From the NCBI GenBank assembly GCA_017608025.1, contig JAFCGM010000001.1, positions 78,885 to 142,884 of the forward strand: a stretch of DNA of 64,000 bases. The letters run 5' to 3'. The notes beneath the pieces are model-generated. The model ran no database searches. It saw nothing but the letters and a program-made list of their open reading frames with translations, and was not told where the DNA came from. Shown here one piece after another: positions 1-10,213 of the stretch (the stretch's first letter is position 1; every line of letters begins with the position of its first letter). Both the position numbers and the translations under genes were made by a program. Origin of the DNA: Candidatus Pacearchaeota archaeon. GTDB lineage: Archaea > Nanobdellota > Nanobdellia > UBA10117 > JABICX01.

Positions 1-66
1 ACAGTTGCTCTTTCACCACAACTTGCTTATCTATTAGCAAGTCCACCTGGTTTGCCTCTGCAATAA
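1..66 (+). CDS. 3' end of an unidentified gene running in from the left edge (partial)
   Basis: Frame 1 is open from base 1 (TVALSPQLAYLLASPPGLPLQ) to TAA at 64-66; too short to identify. Confidence 0.35.
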   Translation, partial: TVALSPQLAYLLASPPGLPLQ

Positions 67-127
67 AAAGAATAAGCAAGTCCTCAATAAATAGTTTTTG
101 GGGTTTAGAATTATTCTTTTGTTGCAA

Positions 128-219
128 TCCTTAAAGCGAAGAGATCCACGCTAAGCATAGCTTAGGCGCAAACTAAGTTTTTGCTTCTAGCGACAAATGT
201 TGGTTATGAAACGTCGCTT
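128..219 (+). repeat. Family-B hairpin element (gcgac...gtcgct) carrying a nested CT module
   Basis: Aligns with 34835-34891 once the module at 151-188 is removed. Confidence 0.7.
151..188 (+). mobile_element. CT-bounded two-hairpin micro-module, copy 1
   Basis: CTAAGC-ata-GCTTAG GC GCAAA-ctaagtt-TTTGC TTCT. Confidence 0.7.
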
Positions 220-238
220 GTTAAAACAAGAAATTGAT

Positions 239-472
239 TTATTCTTTTGTTGCAATTAAAGTGGAAGTTTCTTTGATTTCTTTTATTCTGCGAACTTGCT
301 TTAAAATGAAATCTTCCAGTTTTTGAATGTTTTTGACTCTGAGTTTTGCAATCAAGTCATACTGGCCATAGACAATATGGGCTTCTTTGACTTCATCTGT
401 TTCAAGAAGTTTGTTCATAGCTATTTCATCTTTTCCTGATTCTATAATAAGAAGCAAGTATGCAGTTATCAT
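239..472 (-). CDS. Lrp/AsnC ligand-binding (RAM) domain protein
   Basis: 77 aa; AYLLL...EAHIVYGQYDLIAKL...IKETSTLI is typical of stand-alone AsnC C-terminal domains. Confidence 0.85.
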   Translation of the reverse strand: MITAYLLLIIESGKDEIAMNKLLETDEVKEAHIVYGQYDLIAKLRVKNIQKLEDFILKQVRRIKEIKETSTLIATKE

Positions 473-550
473 AAAAATAAGTGGCGGTTATTGCTTATAA
501 AATTATCTGACATAAATTATATATATCTTGTTTTGGATTTTTATTGTAAA

Positions 551-1450
551 ATGCCGATTAATGCAAGTTACGAGTATCTTCAAGCAGAGCAGAAATATTT
601 GGAAGCGGGAAGCACTGCAGAGAAAATAAAAGCATTAAGGGAGATGATTGCCAAGGCTCCAAAGCACAAAGGGGCGGAAAAGCTTATGGCTAATTTGAAG
701 TTAAGGCTTGCAAAACTAAAAGACCTGGCTGAGACAGAAAAGAAGCAAAAGTCAGGCAAGAAATCTGAATTCACAGTTAAGAAAAACGGAGCTTCGCAAA
801 TTGCTATTATTGGATTTCCAAATGCAGGAAAATCAACTCTTCTTAAAAAGCTTTCAAAGACAGAAGTTGAAATAAAACCTTATGCCTTTTCAACAAAAAA
901 GCCTGTTGTGAGGATGATTTCATACGGAAACATAAAGCTTCAGGGTGTTGAAGTTCCTGCGCTTTATGAAGGAGCTTCTGAAAGCAAGGATTACAAGAAA
1001 ATTTTTTCCCTTATACGAAATGCTGATTTTATTTTAGTTGTTTGCAACAAATCAGACGAGTTTGGCAAAATAAAAAAAGAGCTTAGTGCAGAAGGAATCA
1101 TTCTTGAAAAAGAAGGTAGCAGAAAAGTTGCAGGCTTTGAAACAAAGATACCTTACCTTAAAGTTATGAGGGAGAATTTTGATGATTCAAATTTGCTTAA
1201 AAGAATATGGGAAAAGCAAGGTTTGATAAGAGTGATAACTGTTGTAAAGGGAAAGAAAAAGGACAACAAACCTTTAATTTTGGATAAGGGAAGCACAGTT
1301 GAGGATGCTGCGAGACATATCCATAAGGATTTTGTTAAGAAGTTTCGTTTTGCCAGAATCTGGGGAGCTTCAGCAGATTTTCCTGGGCAGCAAGTTGGAT
1401 TGGATTATGAATTGCATGATATGGATAAGATTGAATTTTTTCTTTCTTAA
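551..1450 (+). CDS. DRG/OBG-family GTP-binding protein with TGS domain
   Basis: MPINAS start at 551, PKHKGAEKL, P-loop GFPNAGKS, C-terminal TGS (ARIWG...GQQVG..YELHDMDKIE). Confidence 0.9.
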   Translation: MPINASYEYLQAEQKYLEAGSTAEKIKALREMIAKAPKHKGAEKLMANLKLRLAKLKDLAETEKKQKSGKKSEFTVKKNGASQIAIIGFPNAGKSTLLKKLSKTEVEIKPYAFSTKKPVVRMISYGNIKLQGVEVPALYEGASESKDYKKIFSLIRNADFILVVCNKSDEFGKIKKELSAEGIILEKEGSRKVAGFETKIPYLKVMRENFDDSNLLKRIWEKQGLIRVITVVKGKKKDNKPLILDKGSTVEDAARHIHKDFVKKFRFARIWGASADFPGQQVGLDYELHDMDKIEFFLS

Positions 1451-1487
1451 TCAATAAATTTATTATTTTTAATTGTTAGATTAATGC

Positions 1488-1928
1488 ATGAAAATTTCTT
1501 TAAAAGTTGAAGGCATTCCTGTGGCAAAAGGCAGGCCCCGTTTTAGAAGATATGGCAAATTTGTAGGCACTTACACTCCAGCTAAGACTTTGGCAGCAGA
1601 AAAGAAATTGCTTTCAAATGTTAACAAATACAAGCCTTCAACTCCAATTTCAGAACCAATTCATTTGGACATTACTTTTTTTATGCCAATTCCAAAATCA
1701 ACTTCAAAACGAAAAGCAGAATTACTTTGCAAAGAACAGAAACCGCATATTAAAAGACCGGATTTGGATAACTTAGTTAAGCTAGTGAAAGATGCATTGA
1801 ACGGAATTTTCTGGAATGATGATAGTCAGATTTTCTCTATGAATGTTTCAAAAAAATACAGCGACTGCCCATCAACAGAAATAACTATTTCTACAATTAC
1901 AGATACTTCTGAGCAACAAAAATCGTGA
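1488..1928 (+). CDS. rusA: RusA-family Holliday junction resolvase
   Basis: KGRPRF N-terminal motif and catalytic RPDLDNLVK...DALNG...DDSQI. Confidence 0.9.
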   Translation: MKISLKVEGIPVAKGRPRFRRYGKFVGTYTPAKTLAAEKKLLSNVNKYKPSTPISEPIHLDITFFMPIPKSTSKRKAELLCKEQKPHIKRPDLDNLVKLVKDALNGIFWNDDSQIFSMNVSKKYSDCPSTEITISTITDTSEQQKS

Positions 1929-2091
1929 ATAAAGCAACAAGAATTGGCAAGAGCATTATTAGAGAGAAAAACCAAAGCCTTGTTCCAATTGAAAGTTTTA
2001 GAACATATATAAAGAGAGCAGAAAAAACTGCGATTATCAATATGCATATGATAATTAATACAGACCTTATTTTGAGATTAAACTGTTTCAT
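1897..2091 (-). CDS. Small two-TM membrane protein
   Basis: 64 aa with two hydrophobic helices; start overlaps the end of the AI-2E gene (possible coupling). Confidence 0.5.
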   Translation of the reverse strand: MKQFNLKIRSVLIIICILIIAVFSALFIYVLKLSIGTRLWFFSLIMLLPILVALFTIFVAQKYL

Positions 2092-3028
2092 TTTTATAAT
2101 GCTTCATAAATTCTCTTATCAAGGTGAAGGAGATTGAGAGAATAACTGGACCAAGAATTACTCCTGGCAGACCCAATGCTTTTAATCCTCCGAAAATTCC
2201 TATGAAAGTAATTAAAGGGTGAATTCTTGTTCTTTTTCCAAATAAAATCGGCTTTATTATTAAGTCAAGAGTTCCAGATATTCCAATTCCATACACTAAA
2301 ATTCCAATGCCAAGCCAAATTTGGTTTGTTAATATAAAGAAAAGAGCGACACCAGTATAGAGAATAAATGAGCCCATCATCGGAAGTATTGAAAGGATTG
2401 CAGCAGCAATGGCTGCAAAAAGAATGTATTTTAACCCAAACATATAAAATGCAATTGCAGCTATAATTCCCTGCAAAATTCCAATTACTAGCTGAACATA
2501 AATAAATGAGTTAATGCTTTTTTTAATTTTTAAATTAATATCTTTTTTGTCTTTATTTTTTAGAGGTATAAGCTTATCAATGCTTTTATAGAACCTTTCG
2601 CCATCATAAAGAAAGTAGAACATTGCTATAAAGAAAATTATTATTCCTATAACAAGTTCAGGAAATGCTATTATTTGGTGCGAAAACCAGCTTGTCAGGT
2701 TTTCAAGAATTTTCCGCATAAGAGTTTCCAAATACGAGCTTGTTATGTTTATGCTGGTTATTAACTTGTATGCTGAGCCAATTTCCCTTAAGGCAAGATT
2801 TGTTCCAGTTTGAATTGCAAGTGCCAAAACAAAAATAACTGAAGAAGTTATTATTAAGGAAGACGGAAGGTTGTTGATTTTTTTCTTTAAAAGCTTGTGA
2901 AGAGGATAAAAAGCATAAGCAACAATTGCTGCCAACAAAAGGACCAAAATAAAAGGCTTTACTATGAGAATAATTAATGAAGCTGCTATTGCCAAGATAG
3001 CTATTTTTGTTATTGTTCCTTTTTCCAT
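2078..3028 (-). CDS. AI-2E (PerM/UPF0118) family transporter
   Basis: Multi-TM; PLH, DLIIKP..G.RTRIHP..TFIGIFGG...GLPGVILGP signature. Confidence 0.9.
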   Translation of the reverse strand: MEKGTITKIAILAIAASLIILIVKPFILVLLLAAIVAYAFYPLHKLLKKKINNLPSSLIITSSVIFVLALAIQTGTNLALREIGSAYKLITSINITSSYLETLMRKILENLTSWFSHQIIAFPELVIGIIIFFIAMFYFLYDGERFYKSIDKLIPLKNKDKKDINLKIKKSINSFIYVQLVIGILQGIIAAIAFYMFGLKYILFAAIAAAILSILPMMGSFILYTGVALFFILTNQIWLGIGILVYGIGISGTLDLIIKPILFGKRTRIHPLITFIGIFGGLKALGLPGVILGPVILSISFTLIREFMKHYKNETV

Positions 3029-3029
3029 T

Positions 3030-3659
3030 TTATAATATAGAATCTAGTTCTGAAATTTTGTTTATTATTATTGATGGCTTTTCACTCCAGATTTTTTTTA
3101 TAGCATCTGCTCCAGAAACAATTGCTATTGTTTTCACTCCTGCTTTTTTGCCTGCGCGAATATCATAGATTGAATCTCCAATTAAATACTTAGCTTTGTT
3201 TTTTGATATTTTTTCAGCTTTAAACGCTTCATCAGATTTTCCTTTAATATTGTTTTCAGATCCAATGATTGCGTCAAAATGCTCAAAACCAATTCCTGAC
3301 TTTTCAAGAATTTCAATTATGTTTTTGCGAAATTCATTTGAAACAACAGCAAGAGAGTATCCTTTTTTCCTTAATTTTCTTAATGTGCTTTCTGTATGAG
3401 GTTTTGCTTTTATTTTTTCATAATGCTTTTTTATTATTTCCTGAAAATCAGCGAGGCAGCTTTCCATTTTTCGGGTTGTGATATTTGGAAAAAATTCTTT
3501 TATTATGTTTTCTGTTGTTTCTCCGAGAGCTTCGCTTATTTCATCTGCTGAAACTAAGGAAAGGTTGTTTTTCCTGAAAACTTCATTAAATGTTAGAACA
3601 AGTGCTTTTGTAGAGTCTACTAAGGTGCCATCTAAGTCAAAGCAGAGAAGATTTTTCAT
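3030..3659 (-). CDS. HAD-superfamily hydrolase (phosphoglycolate phosphatase-like)
   Basis: FDLDGTLVDS motif I; IGDSIYDIRAGKKAG motif IV. Confidence 0.9.
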   Translation of the reverse strand: MKNLLCFDLDGTLVDSTKALVLTFNEVFRKNNLSLVSADEISEALGETTENIIKEFFPNITTRKMESCLADFQEIIKKHYEKIKAKPHTESTLRKLRKKGYSLAVVSNEFRKNIIEILEKSGIGFEHFDAIIGSENNIKGKSDEAFKAEKISKNKAKYLIGDSIYDIRAGKKAGVKTIAIVSGADAIKKIWSEKPSIIINKISELDSIL

Positions 3660-3696
3660 GTAAAGATTAAGCTGTGCTTATTTAAAATCTTTTTTG

Positions 3697-4740
3697 TTAA
3701 ATTTTGTAGCGCAGAATTGCAGCAATTCCTCCAAGCCCTTCAAGCTTTTTGCCAGCGTCTTTTTTCGGGTTGAGGATAAGAACTTCTGCTCCAGATTCTT
3801 CAGCGCGAGATATTATTTTAGATATTTTCTTGAACTGCGATTTAATAAGATGCTCTGAGATAAGAAGAGTTTTCACTGCTCCTGAGCTTACTACTTTTTC
3901 AACTTCATCAAATCCATATTCAGCTTTTCCAGAATTTTTTGATATTTCAGAAAGAAGGTTTTCAATTTCCCGTTCTTCTTTTATGTAATGAGACTCTTTT
4001 ACAATCTTGCTGAAACCCTGCTTTAAAATTAATTCGCGAAATGCTTTTTCAGAGCCAGTTGAAGTTGTTTCTGTTATGACTTTTTTGTTAAGGTCTGGCT
4101 TTATTTCAAGAATTTGCTTTTTCAGCTCGTCTTTCCAGAAAAGCGGGCTTGCAAGGAGAATTATTTCAATCTTTTTTTCAGAAATTTCCTTTATTATTTC
4201 TTTGGCAAGGTTTTTTAATGGGTCTTTCTTTTTTTCAGAATACCTTTTTTTGCTTAGTTCGAGTTTGATGTTTGAAACAGGCTTTATTCCTGAAGAAGTT
4301 ACTTTTCCAAGATTTGCTTCAGAGTCATCTAATGAACAGACAATTGCGCGCGGAATGTTTGTGTTTCTTTCTGCATCTTTTAAAATTTCTTTTTGGTATT
4401 TTTTCCACTGCTTTTGAATCCATAGGTCTGAGCCTTGTGAAACCTCAATTGAGTGGAATTCATCTGATGAAACTTGCTCAAGAGTTGTTTCAAGAATTTT
4501 TCCATGAAGCCGGAGATTGAAATTGTCAAAAGATATTTTTTCTATTTTTATTTTTGCAGTTATTGTTTTTCTTGTTGATTTCTGCCTTTCATTTTCAGAG
4601 CTGAGCTTTTGCTTGTAGGAGCTTTTTCCCTTTACAATATCTCCTGGCTCGAGGACTTTTTGTAAGTACCACAAGTCTTCTGGAGAGTCGATTTTGACAT
4701 GAGCAACGCCTGTTTTTTTGTTTAAGGAAAGCAGTTTCAT
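3697..4740 (-). CDS. pelA: Pelota (Dom34) ribosome rescue factor
   Basis: EDLWYL..VLEPGD, LRLHGKI, YGFDEV, GKKLEGLGGIAAILRYKI. Confidence 0.95.
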   Translation of the reverse strand: MKLLSLNKKTGVAHVKIDSPEDLWYLQKVLEPGDIVKGKSSYKQKLSSENERQKSTRKTITAKIKIEKISFDNFNLRLHGKILETTLEQVSSDEFHSIEVSQGSDLWIQKQWKKYQKEILKDAERNTNIPRAIVCSLDDSEANLGKVTSSGIKPVSNIKLELSKKRYSEKKKDPLKNLAKEIIKEISEKKIEIILLASPLFWKDELKKQILEIKPDLNKKVITETTSTGSEKAFRELILKQGFSKIVKESHYIKEEREIENLLSEISKNSGKAEYGFDEVEKVVSSGAVKTLLISEHLIKSQFKKISKIISRAEESGAEVLILNPKKDAGKKLEGLGGIAAILRYKI

Positions 4741-4774
4741 GGTTTATTTGAGGAATTTTTTATTTTTAAAAGTA

Positions 4775-4847
4775 CCTTTCTTTTAGAAAAAGAAAGCTGA
4801 TAGGCGCGAATTTATACAAAGGGTTCGCTTCTACGCAAAAGAAAACC
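4775..4847 (+). repeat. Family-A REP-like hairpin element with nested CT module
   Basis: ctttcttttagaaaaagaaag hairpin, module, then acgcaaaagaaa tail. Confidence 0.7.
4797..4832 (+). mobile_element. CT-bounded two-hairpin micro-module, copy 2
   Basis: CT-gat-AG GC GCGAA...TTCGC TTCT. Confidence 0.65.
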
Positions 4848-4960
4848 ATTTTAAATCCACTTAAAAAGAAAACTTGAATTGCGAGAGATTTAACAACCCT
4901 TTTTTTGCTTCCGTGCTATGTTCCAAAATGTATATAAACAATTAAATAATAAATATATGT

Positions 4961-6157
4961 ATGCTATTGAATAAGAAAGCTAATGCTAATGCTATTATTC
5001 TTTTTACAATTCTCTTAATTGTCACTGTGATTATAATAACAGTTTTTTCGCCGACAGATTATCGAAGGGCTTTGCTAAATGAGTCTTATTCAAATGCAAA
5101 TGATTACGGCAATGTTGTTCTTTTTGAGGCAGCAGATGTTGTTATAAATGAGACAGACCTTGAAGAGGGAACTGAAAGCATTTACCTTCACGATGCAGAG
5201 CTTGACTATGCTGCGCATCGAAAAGAGGAGCAGATTTCAGGAAGCTTTGAAATAAGCAATTCCTTTATTGAAGACAATTCTGCCAAGTTTTACTTGAATG
5301 TGGATGACTCTTTCCAAGGAATGTACTTTACTTTTTATGTTATTTCAAAAGAGGGTAATGGCAAAATAAACATACTCTTAAATGGCCAAAGCATATACAC
5401 AGCATCTCCTGATGAAGGTGAGAAAGTTAATGTTTATGTTCCTAAAAACGCCCTTAAGAAAGGAGACAATGAAATAGTTATTCGAGCAACATATCCTCTG
5501 AACATTTTCAAAGAAAATTCCTTTTCAATTGTTGATTTAAGAGCTTTTTTAACAGAGAGAAATGAAGAGCAGAGAGTTGAGCACACGTTTATTGTTGAAG
5601 ATGCTTCAGAAATAAGAGAGCCTGCCCTTTATGCTTATGTTACAAAAATGCCTTATTCAATTGCAAACAGCAAAATAAAAATTACAATAAATGAGGTAGA
5701 GGTTTTTGAAGGAGTTCCAGCAACAATAAATGATTATGAAACTCCTCAGGTTTTTTACCTTCCTTTGGAGGAAATTTATTTGAAAGACGGAGTTAATGAA
5801 ATCATTTGGGAAGTTGACCTTGGAGGAGCATATTCTGTTGATTTTGTGAAAATTGAATATGAAACTTTGGAGGAGCCAGATGAAGAGGAAGAAAGTGTTT
5901 TTCGGTTTAATATTGATTCTGATGCTTACAAGAAAGTTCGGAGCAAAAGATATTCCTGTGTTTTGACTTTTGAGTCAGATGACATAAACAAGATGTTTGA
6001 ATACAATATAAATGGAAACAAATCTTCTGCTGCAGTTTCATCTTCTGAAATTTCCTTTGATGTTTGTGATTCTCTTAGAAAAGGTCTTAATTCATTGAAA
6101 GTGTCTTCAGGAGAAGACCTGCTTTTCAGCAGAATCAAATTAGAAATCAAAAGGTAA
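4961..6157 (+). CDS. Uncharacterised acidic surface protein with possible class III-like signal peptide
   Basis: MLLNKKA then a hydrophobic helix; three beta-rich repeats ending LKKGDNEI / LKDGVNEI / LRKGLNSL. Confidence 0.75.
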   Translation: MLLNKKANANAIILFTILLIVTVIIITVFSPTDYRRALLNESYSNANDYGNVVLFEAADVVINETDLEEGTESIYLHDAELDYAAHRKEEQISGSFEISNSFIEDNSAKFYLNVDDSFQGMYFTFYVISKEGNGKINILLNGQSIYTASPDEGEKVNVYVPKNALKKGDNEIVIRATYPLNIFKENSFSIVDLRAFLTERNEEQRVEHTFIVEDASEIREPALYAYVTKMPYSIANSKIKITINEVEVFEGVPATINDYETPQVFYLPLEEIYLKDGVNEIIWEVDLGGAYSVDFVKIEYETLEEPDEEEESVFRFNIDSDAYKKVRSKRYSCVLTFESDDINKMFEYNINGNKSSAAVSSSEISFDVCDSLRKGLNSLKVSSGEDLLFSRIKLEIKR

Positions 6158-6162
6158 TTTTT

Positions 6163-8841
6163 ATGGCGAACTGGAGTAATGCTCTTAAAAAACTTGGTAA
6201 TAAAGCAAAGAAAATTAAGCCTAGCAAAATTAAGGAAGCTTCTGGCAAGGGCGTCAAAGCAGTTAAGGGCAAAGCTAAAAATATTGACTGGAAAAAGCTC
6301 CAAAGACAAGCAAAGGAACAAGCAAAGCAAATTGCAAAGGAACAAGGAAAGGAATTTGTAAAAAGTCAGGTTAAGGGTAAAACAGGCATTGATGTAGATG
6401 CTGTTCAGCAAGGAAACATTAGGTCATCTGCAGAAGGTGTTTTTCAGAAATTCAAAGAAAAAAGAGCCAGTTCTGAAGGAGATGATATTCATCAAATTCC
6501 TGGTTATAATCCATCCGCTCAGGAAGTTGTTGCCCCATCTGCGCAGCAACAAGGGATTCAGAGTGGAATTCCACAGCAGTTTTTGGGAAAATTTGGAAGC
6601 AGGAATAAAGGAAAGGCACCATGGATTGTTGTTTTAATTGCCCTTGCGATTGTTCTTGGCGGATTTTTGCTGATGTTTTCCCCTTTTGATTCAGAGTATT
6701 CAGTTCTGGTTATTCTTGTTGGAGGCGGGGCTCTTTTCGGAGGGCTTCTTTTTATTATTGCAACAAGAACACAGGTTTTTCAGGGAATTGGCATAGTCTT
6801 GAAAATAATTTTCATTGAAAAGCCAAAGCAGTTTTTCTTGTGGGTTAAGAAGAAGTTTGCTGTATGGCGGGAGAGGATTAGAAGAGAAAAAGAGCTTAGA
6901 AAAAAGTCCTGGGATGTTGTTCAGGCGCACAAAGATGAAATATCTCCTCTTTTAATGGAGAGTAAGGGATTTAAGGAGCAAGTAAAGGCAGTAAAGATTT
7001 TTGCTGGCATTGTAATTATTCCAATATTATCGTGCGTATATGCTCTGTACTTTTTTTTCTGGAAAGGCAGGAAAATCAAAAAGCTAATTAAAAAAGAGGA
7101 AAAAGAGCATGAAAAAGAGAGAAAGGCTGAAAAAAAAGCAGAGAAAGACAAACCAGAAGGGTTTTACTCTGGCGGAGCTGGAAGTGGCGGAGGTGCTACT
7201 GGAAAAATTCTTTTAGTTGTTGGAATAATTATTCTTATTCTCGGCGGAACTGCTGGATTCTGGTTTGGATATTACAAGAACACTCCACAAGGGCAGAAGA
7301 TTTCTGAGCAATATCTTTCATTTGGAACAAGTACTTATTCTGCTGAAAGAGGGAGCAGAGGTTTCTTCAATTCAGTTTTTCAGACAATAAAATTTGCATT
7401 TTCAGGAGATGTTGAGGAAATAATGAAGTCAAGAGAAGCAGAGTCAGAATATGCGCAGTTTGAGGAAATAAAAACCACAATGGAGGAAGTAAAGCCCTAT
7501 AAAAATCCAGTTTACAAAGATAGTGATATTTCAATTTACGGATACCTTTCTGTTGAGGACGGACCAGAAGAGGGAACTGCTTTTGAGTTTGAAGTTAGGC
7601 AGCTTATGAATGTTGTAATAAGAAATTACAGGAAAAATCAAGTCTGCGATTCAACTTTGCTGAGCTCTGCAGTTTCTAGCATAGACAGTGTTCTTGATGA
7701 AAATAATCACTGCAACAGCAATCCAGAATGTAAACATTTCTGCACCGACACTTCAGACTGGAAATGCTATATTCCTGGAGGAGATCCTGCAAAGGATTCC
7801 AATGGAAATATTATTCCAAATACATTTTTGTTTAAGAACAGATATAACCAACGAGTAATTTGCAGCCACAGCGGTATACAGGATCCAAAAAAGGATTTGC
7901 AGCTTTCAAAAATAACTCTTATTTGGAAATACTGGACACAGGCAATGCTTGAAAAGAGAGTTTATGTTTTTGATTCTGATTACGCAGCACTTCACAAAAA
8001 TCCACTAAAGTCAGCAAACATCTCAAGGTCTTCTTATGAATCTTTGAGCAAGGCAGAGAAGAACATAGGTTTCGGGGCTGGAATAAGCAAGGACAGGGAT
8101 TACATGGTTACAACTCCGCTAGATGCACTGAAATACGGAATGGATTATATTGAGATTTACAACATTATCTTCACTTTGAGGAACAAGGGTCTTGGTGACA
8201 TTGTGGATTTAAAAGACATTGAGGTATGGATTCCTGATTCTGTAAATGTTGTTGAGGAAGAAGGAGATTTTGAAGTCTGCGGAGAAAAGACTGACAGAGG
8301 AATAGTATTTAAGAAATACTGCCTAAAAAAGGATGTAATAGATTCTTTTGACTCAATTGGGCCAGCGCTGTTCAGGAACTTTTATCTGCCAGTGTATGTT
8401 GAAAGCAGCTTTATAGTTGGAAATGAGTGGTTTGATAGTTTTACTTTGACATCAAAAGTTTATTATAAATACAGAGATGAGGCAATGGTTGATGATGTCA
8501 TAAAAGTTGATGTTGGAAGTTCAGTTAAATTACATAAAACTCAGAACAACACTTCCAGCGCTTCAGAAGTTGTTAGCAAAGAAGAAACTGTTTCTGAATT
8601 AGAGACAATTATTTTTGAGGGTAGGGATGAAAATCATGTCTTTGAAATCACAGATGTAAATCCTGATAAAATTATTTACAATTTTGCTGTATCGCAAGAT
8701 AATGTTATTACAAGCCAGCTAATTATGCTTGGCGAAACAAAAGAATACAACTACAAAAGCGGGCAAGGGGAAATAAAAATATTGCTGAAGCACATTGAGG
8801 GCAATGATGCGCTAGTAAACATAACTGCTACTTATTTTTAA
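6163..8841 (+). CDS. Large uncharacterised membrane protein (basic N-terminus, about 4 TM helices, Cys-containing extracellular domain)
   Basis: 892 aa ORF with hydrophobic segments and a large C-terminal beta-rich region. Confidence 0.8.
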   Translation: MANWSNALKKLGNKAKKIKPSKIKEASGKGVKAVKGKAKNIDWKKLQRQAKEQAKQIAKEQGKEFVKSQVKGKTGIDVDAVQQGNIRSSAEGVFQKFKEKRASSEGDDIHQIPGYNPSAQEVVAPSAQQQGIQSGIPQQFLGKFGSRNKGKAPWIVVLIALAIVLGGFLLMFSPFDSEYSVLVILVGGGALFGGLLFIIATRTQVFQGIGIVLKIIFIEKPKQFFLWVKKKFAVWRERIRREKELRKKSWDVVQAHKDEISPLLMESKGFKEQVKAVKIFAGIVIIPILSCVYALYFFFWKGRKIKKLIKKEEKEHEKERKAEKKAEKDKPEGFYSGGAGSGGGATGKILLVVGIIILILGGTAGFWFGYYKNTPQGQKISEQYLSFGTSTYSAERGSRGFFNSVFQTIKFAFSGDVEEIMKSREAESEYAQFEEIKTTMEEVKPYKNPVYKDSDISIYGYLSVEDGPEEGTAFEFEVRQLMNVVIRNYRKNQVCDSTLLSSAVSSIDSVLDENNHCNSNPECKHFCTDTSDWKCYIPGGDPAKDSNGNIIPNTFLFKNRYNQRVICSHSGIQDPKKDLQLSKITLIWKYWTQAMLEKRVYVFDSDYAALHKNPLKSANISRSSYESLSKAEKNIGFGAGISKDRDYMVTTPLDALKYGMDYIEIYNIIFTLRNKGLGDIVDLKDIEVWIPDSVNVVEEEGDFEVCGEKTDRGIVFKKYCLKKDVIDSFDSIGPALFRNFYLPVYVESSFIVGNEWFDSFTLTSKVYYKYRDEAMVDDVIKVDVGSSVKLHKTQNNTSSASEVVSKEETVSELETIIFEGRDENHVFEITDVNPDKIIYNFAVSQDNVITSQLIMLGETKEYNYKSGQGEIKILLKHIEGNDALVNITATYF

Positions 8842-8905
8842 TTTAGAACAACCTTTAAAAATAAGCACTGACTATTAATAAGCATAATTATCAGGGTGAA
8901 AGAAC

Positions 8906-10144
8906 TTGGTTGACTGGAAAAAAATAATAATATCTTTCTTTGCTATTATGTTTATTGTTTTGTTTAGCGGATGCCTTGGAAGCGATGATACTGACTTTGA
9001 TACTAATTTAAATGCTCCAGACTCAGTTTCTATTGAGTTTATACCTGGAAATCCTCCTGACCAGATTTATGAAGGAACTCCATTTTCCCTTGCACTGAAG
9101 ATTGAGAATGAGGGAAATGATAAGATAAATTCAGGAGACATGTGGGTTCATGTGATTGGAGTAGACCCTAATTCAATTAAAGAGTTTTCAAATTATGACT
9201 GTAATTCATTCAGCATAAATGCTGGCTCTGGTTTGATTCCTTTTAAAGACTACTCTTTTTCCTTTTCAAGATATAATGAAGGAACTGGGGAATTGCTAGT
9301 TAATTACATTAAGGAAAGCGATACAAATACGAAAACAATTTCTCTTGGTGAGGAATTTATGCTAGAAGAAGATTTTTACTTGACTGTTAACAATGTTGCT
9401 CCTGACGGAACTATTGAGGGAACTGCTTGTAACGGACCATCTTCTGAAGCAACAGATGTAACTGCAGTAAATTTCTTTTCAAAGGAAATAACCACTAGTT
9501 TAATTCCTTCAGTTGAAGTTGACGGGAAGAAAATTCCAGGAGGAATAACTCAGGTTTCATGGGATGCTTTGAAATACAAGGAGAATATTTCATCTGACCA
9601 GCAGCTTGATTTCCTTGCAAAAGCATGCTATATTTACAGCAGCAAGGCAACTGGAAGAGCGTGCTTTAACATAAACCCTTATTCACAAGTTACTGGAACA
9701 CAGACATGCACAGTAAATGGCGAGAAGGAAGTTGGCAACGAAATTGGACCAATTAAAATTACAAAGATGAATGAGTACTACACTGGAAAAAATGAAGGAA
9801 AACAGAGATATACTTTCACTTTGACAATTGAAAATATAGATGACGGAGATGTTTTCTTAAGAAGCGCAGACCTTGAGAATTGTATGGACTTAAAACAGAA
9901 TGAGCTGAACAGGGTTGAAGTCACAAAATTCAAAATAGGTACAATTGATTATATTGCAAACGGACAGTGCGAAAACAATGAAGTTTATTTGACAAACGGA
10001 GTTGGTGAGTGGAACTGCATGATTTCAAAAGACCCAATTACAGGATATGACTTAGTTAACATTGAGATTGAATATGGGTACACGCAGCAAACAAGAAAAA
10101 CACTTACTTTGAAGAACTCGTTTGAAGATGCAGAGCTCTACTAG
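8906..10144 (+). CDS. Putative lipoprotein
   Basis: Lipobox-like LFSGC after a hydrophobic leader; upstream GGGTGA SD; paralog of 10214-11467. Confidence 0.8.
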   Translation: MVDWKKIIISFFAIMFIVLFSGCLGSDDTDFDTNLNAPDSVSIEFIPGNPPDQIYEGTPFSLALKIENEGNDKINSGDMWVHVIGVDPNSIKEFSNYDCNSFSINAGSGLIPFKDYSFSFSRYNEGTGELLVNYIKESDTNTKTISLGEEFMLEEDFYLTVNNVAPDGTIEGTACNGPSSEATDVTAVNFFSKEITTSLIPSVEVDGKKIPGGITQVSWDALKYKENISSDQQLDFLAKACYIYSSKATGRACFNINPYSQVTGTQTCTVNGEKEVGNEIGPIKITKMNEYYTGKNEGKQRYTFTLTIENIDDGDVFLRSADLENCMDLKQNELNRVEVTKFKIGTIDYIANGQCENNEVYLTNGVGEWNCMISKDPITGYDLVNIEIEYGYTQQTRKTLTLKNSFEDAELY

Positions 10145-10213
10145 TTTCCCTTAATGGGAAGCTTTTCTTTTATTTTTAACAAAATTTAAATATATACAGA
10201 AGCAGATATTATC

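Larger units (their letters stand above)
111..256 (+). repeat. 18-bp direct repeat (111-128 and 239-256) equal to the 3' end of the Lrp/AsnC gene, flanking a hairpin insert
   Basis: ttattcttttgttgcaat occurs twice; on the minus strand it reads IATKE-stop. Confidence 0.8.

Noticed and set aside
4797-4832. Hammerhead ribozyme (CTGA...GAA)
   Set aside because: The CUGANGA/GAAA core is absent and CTGA is not conserved across the seven copies.
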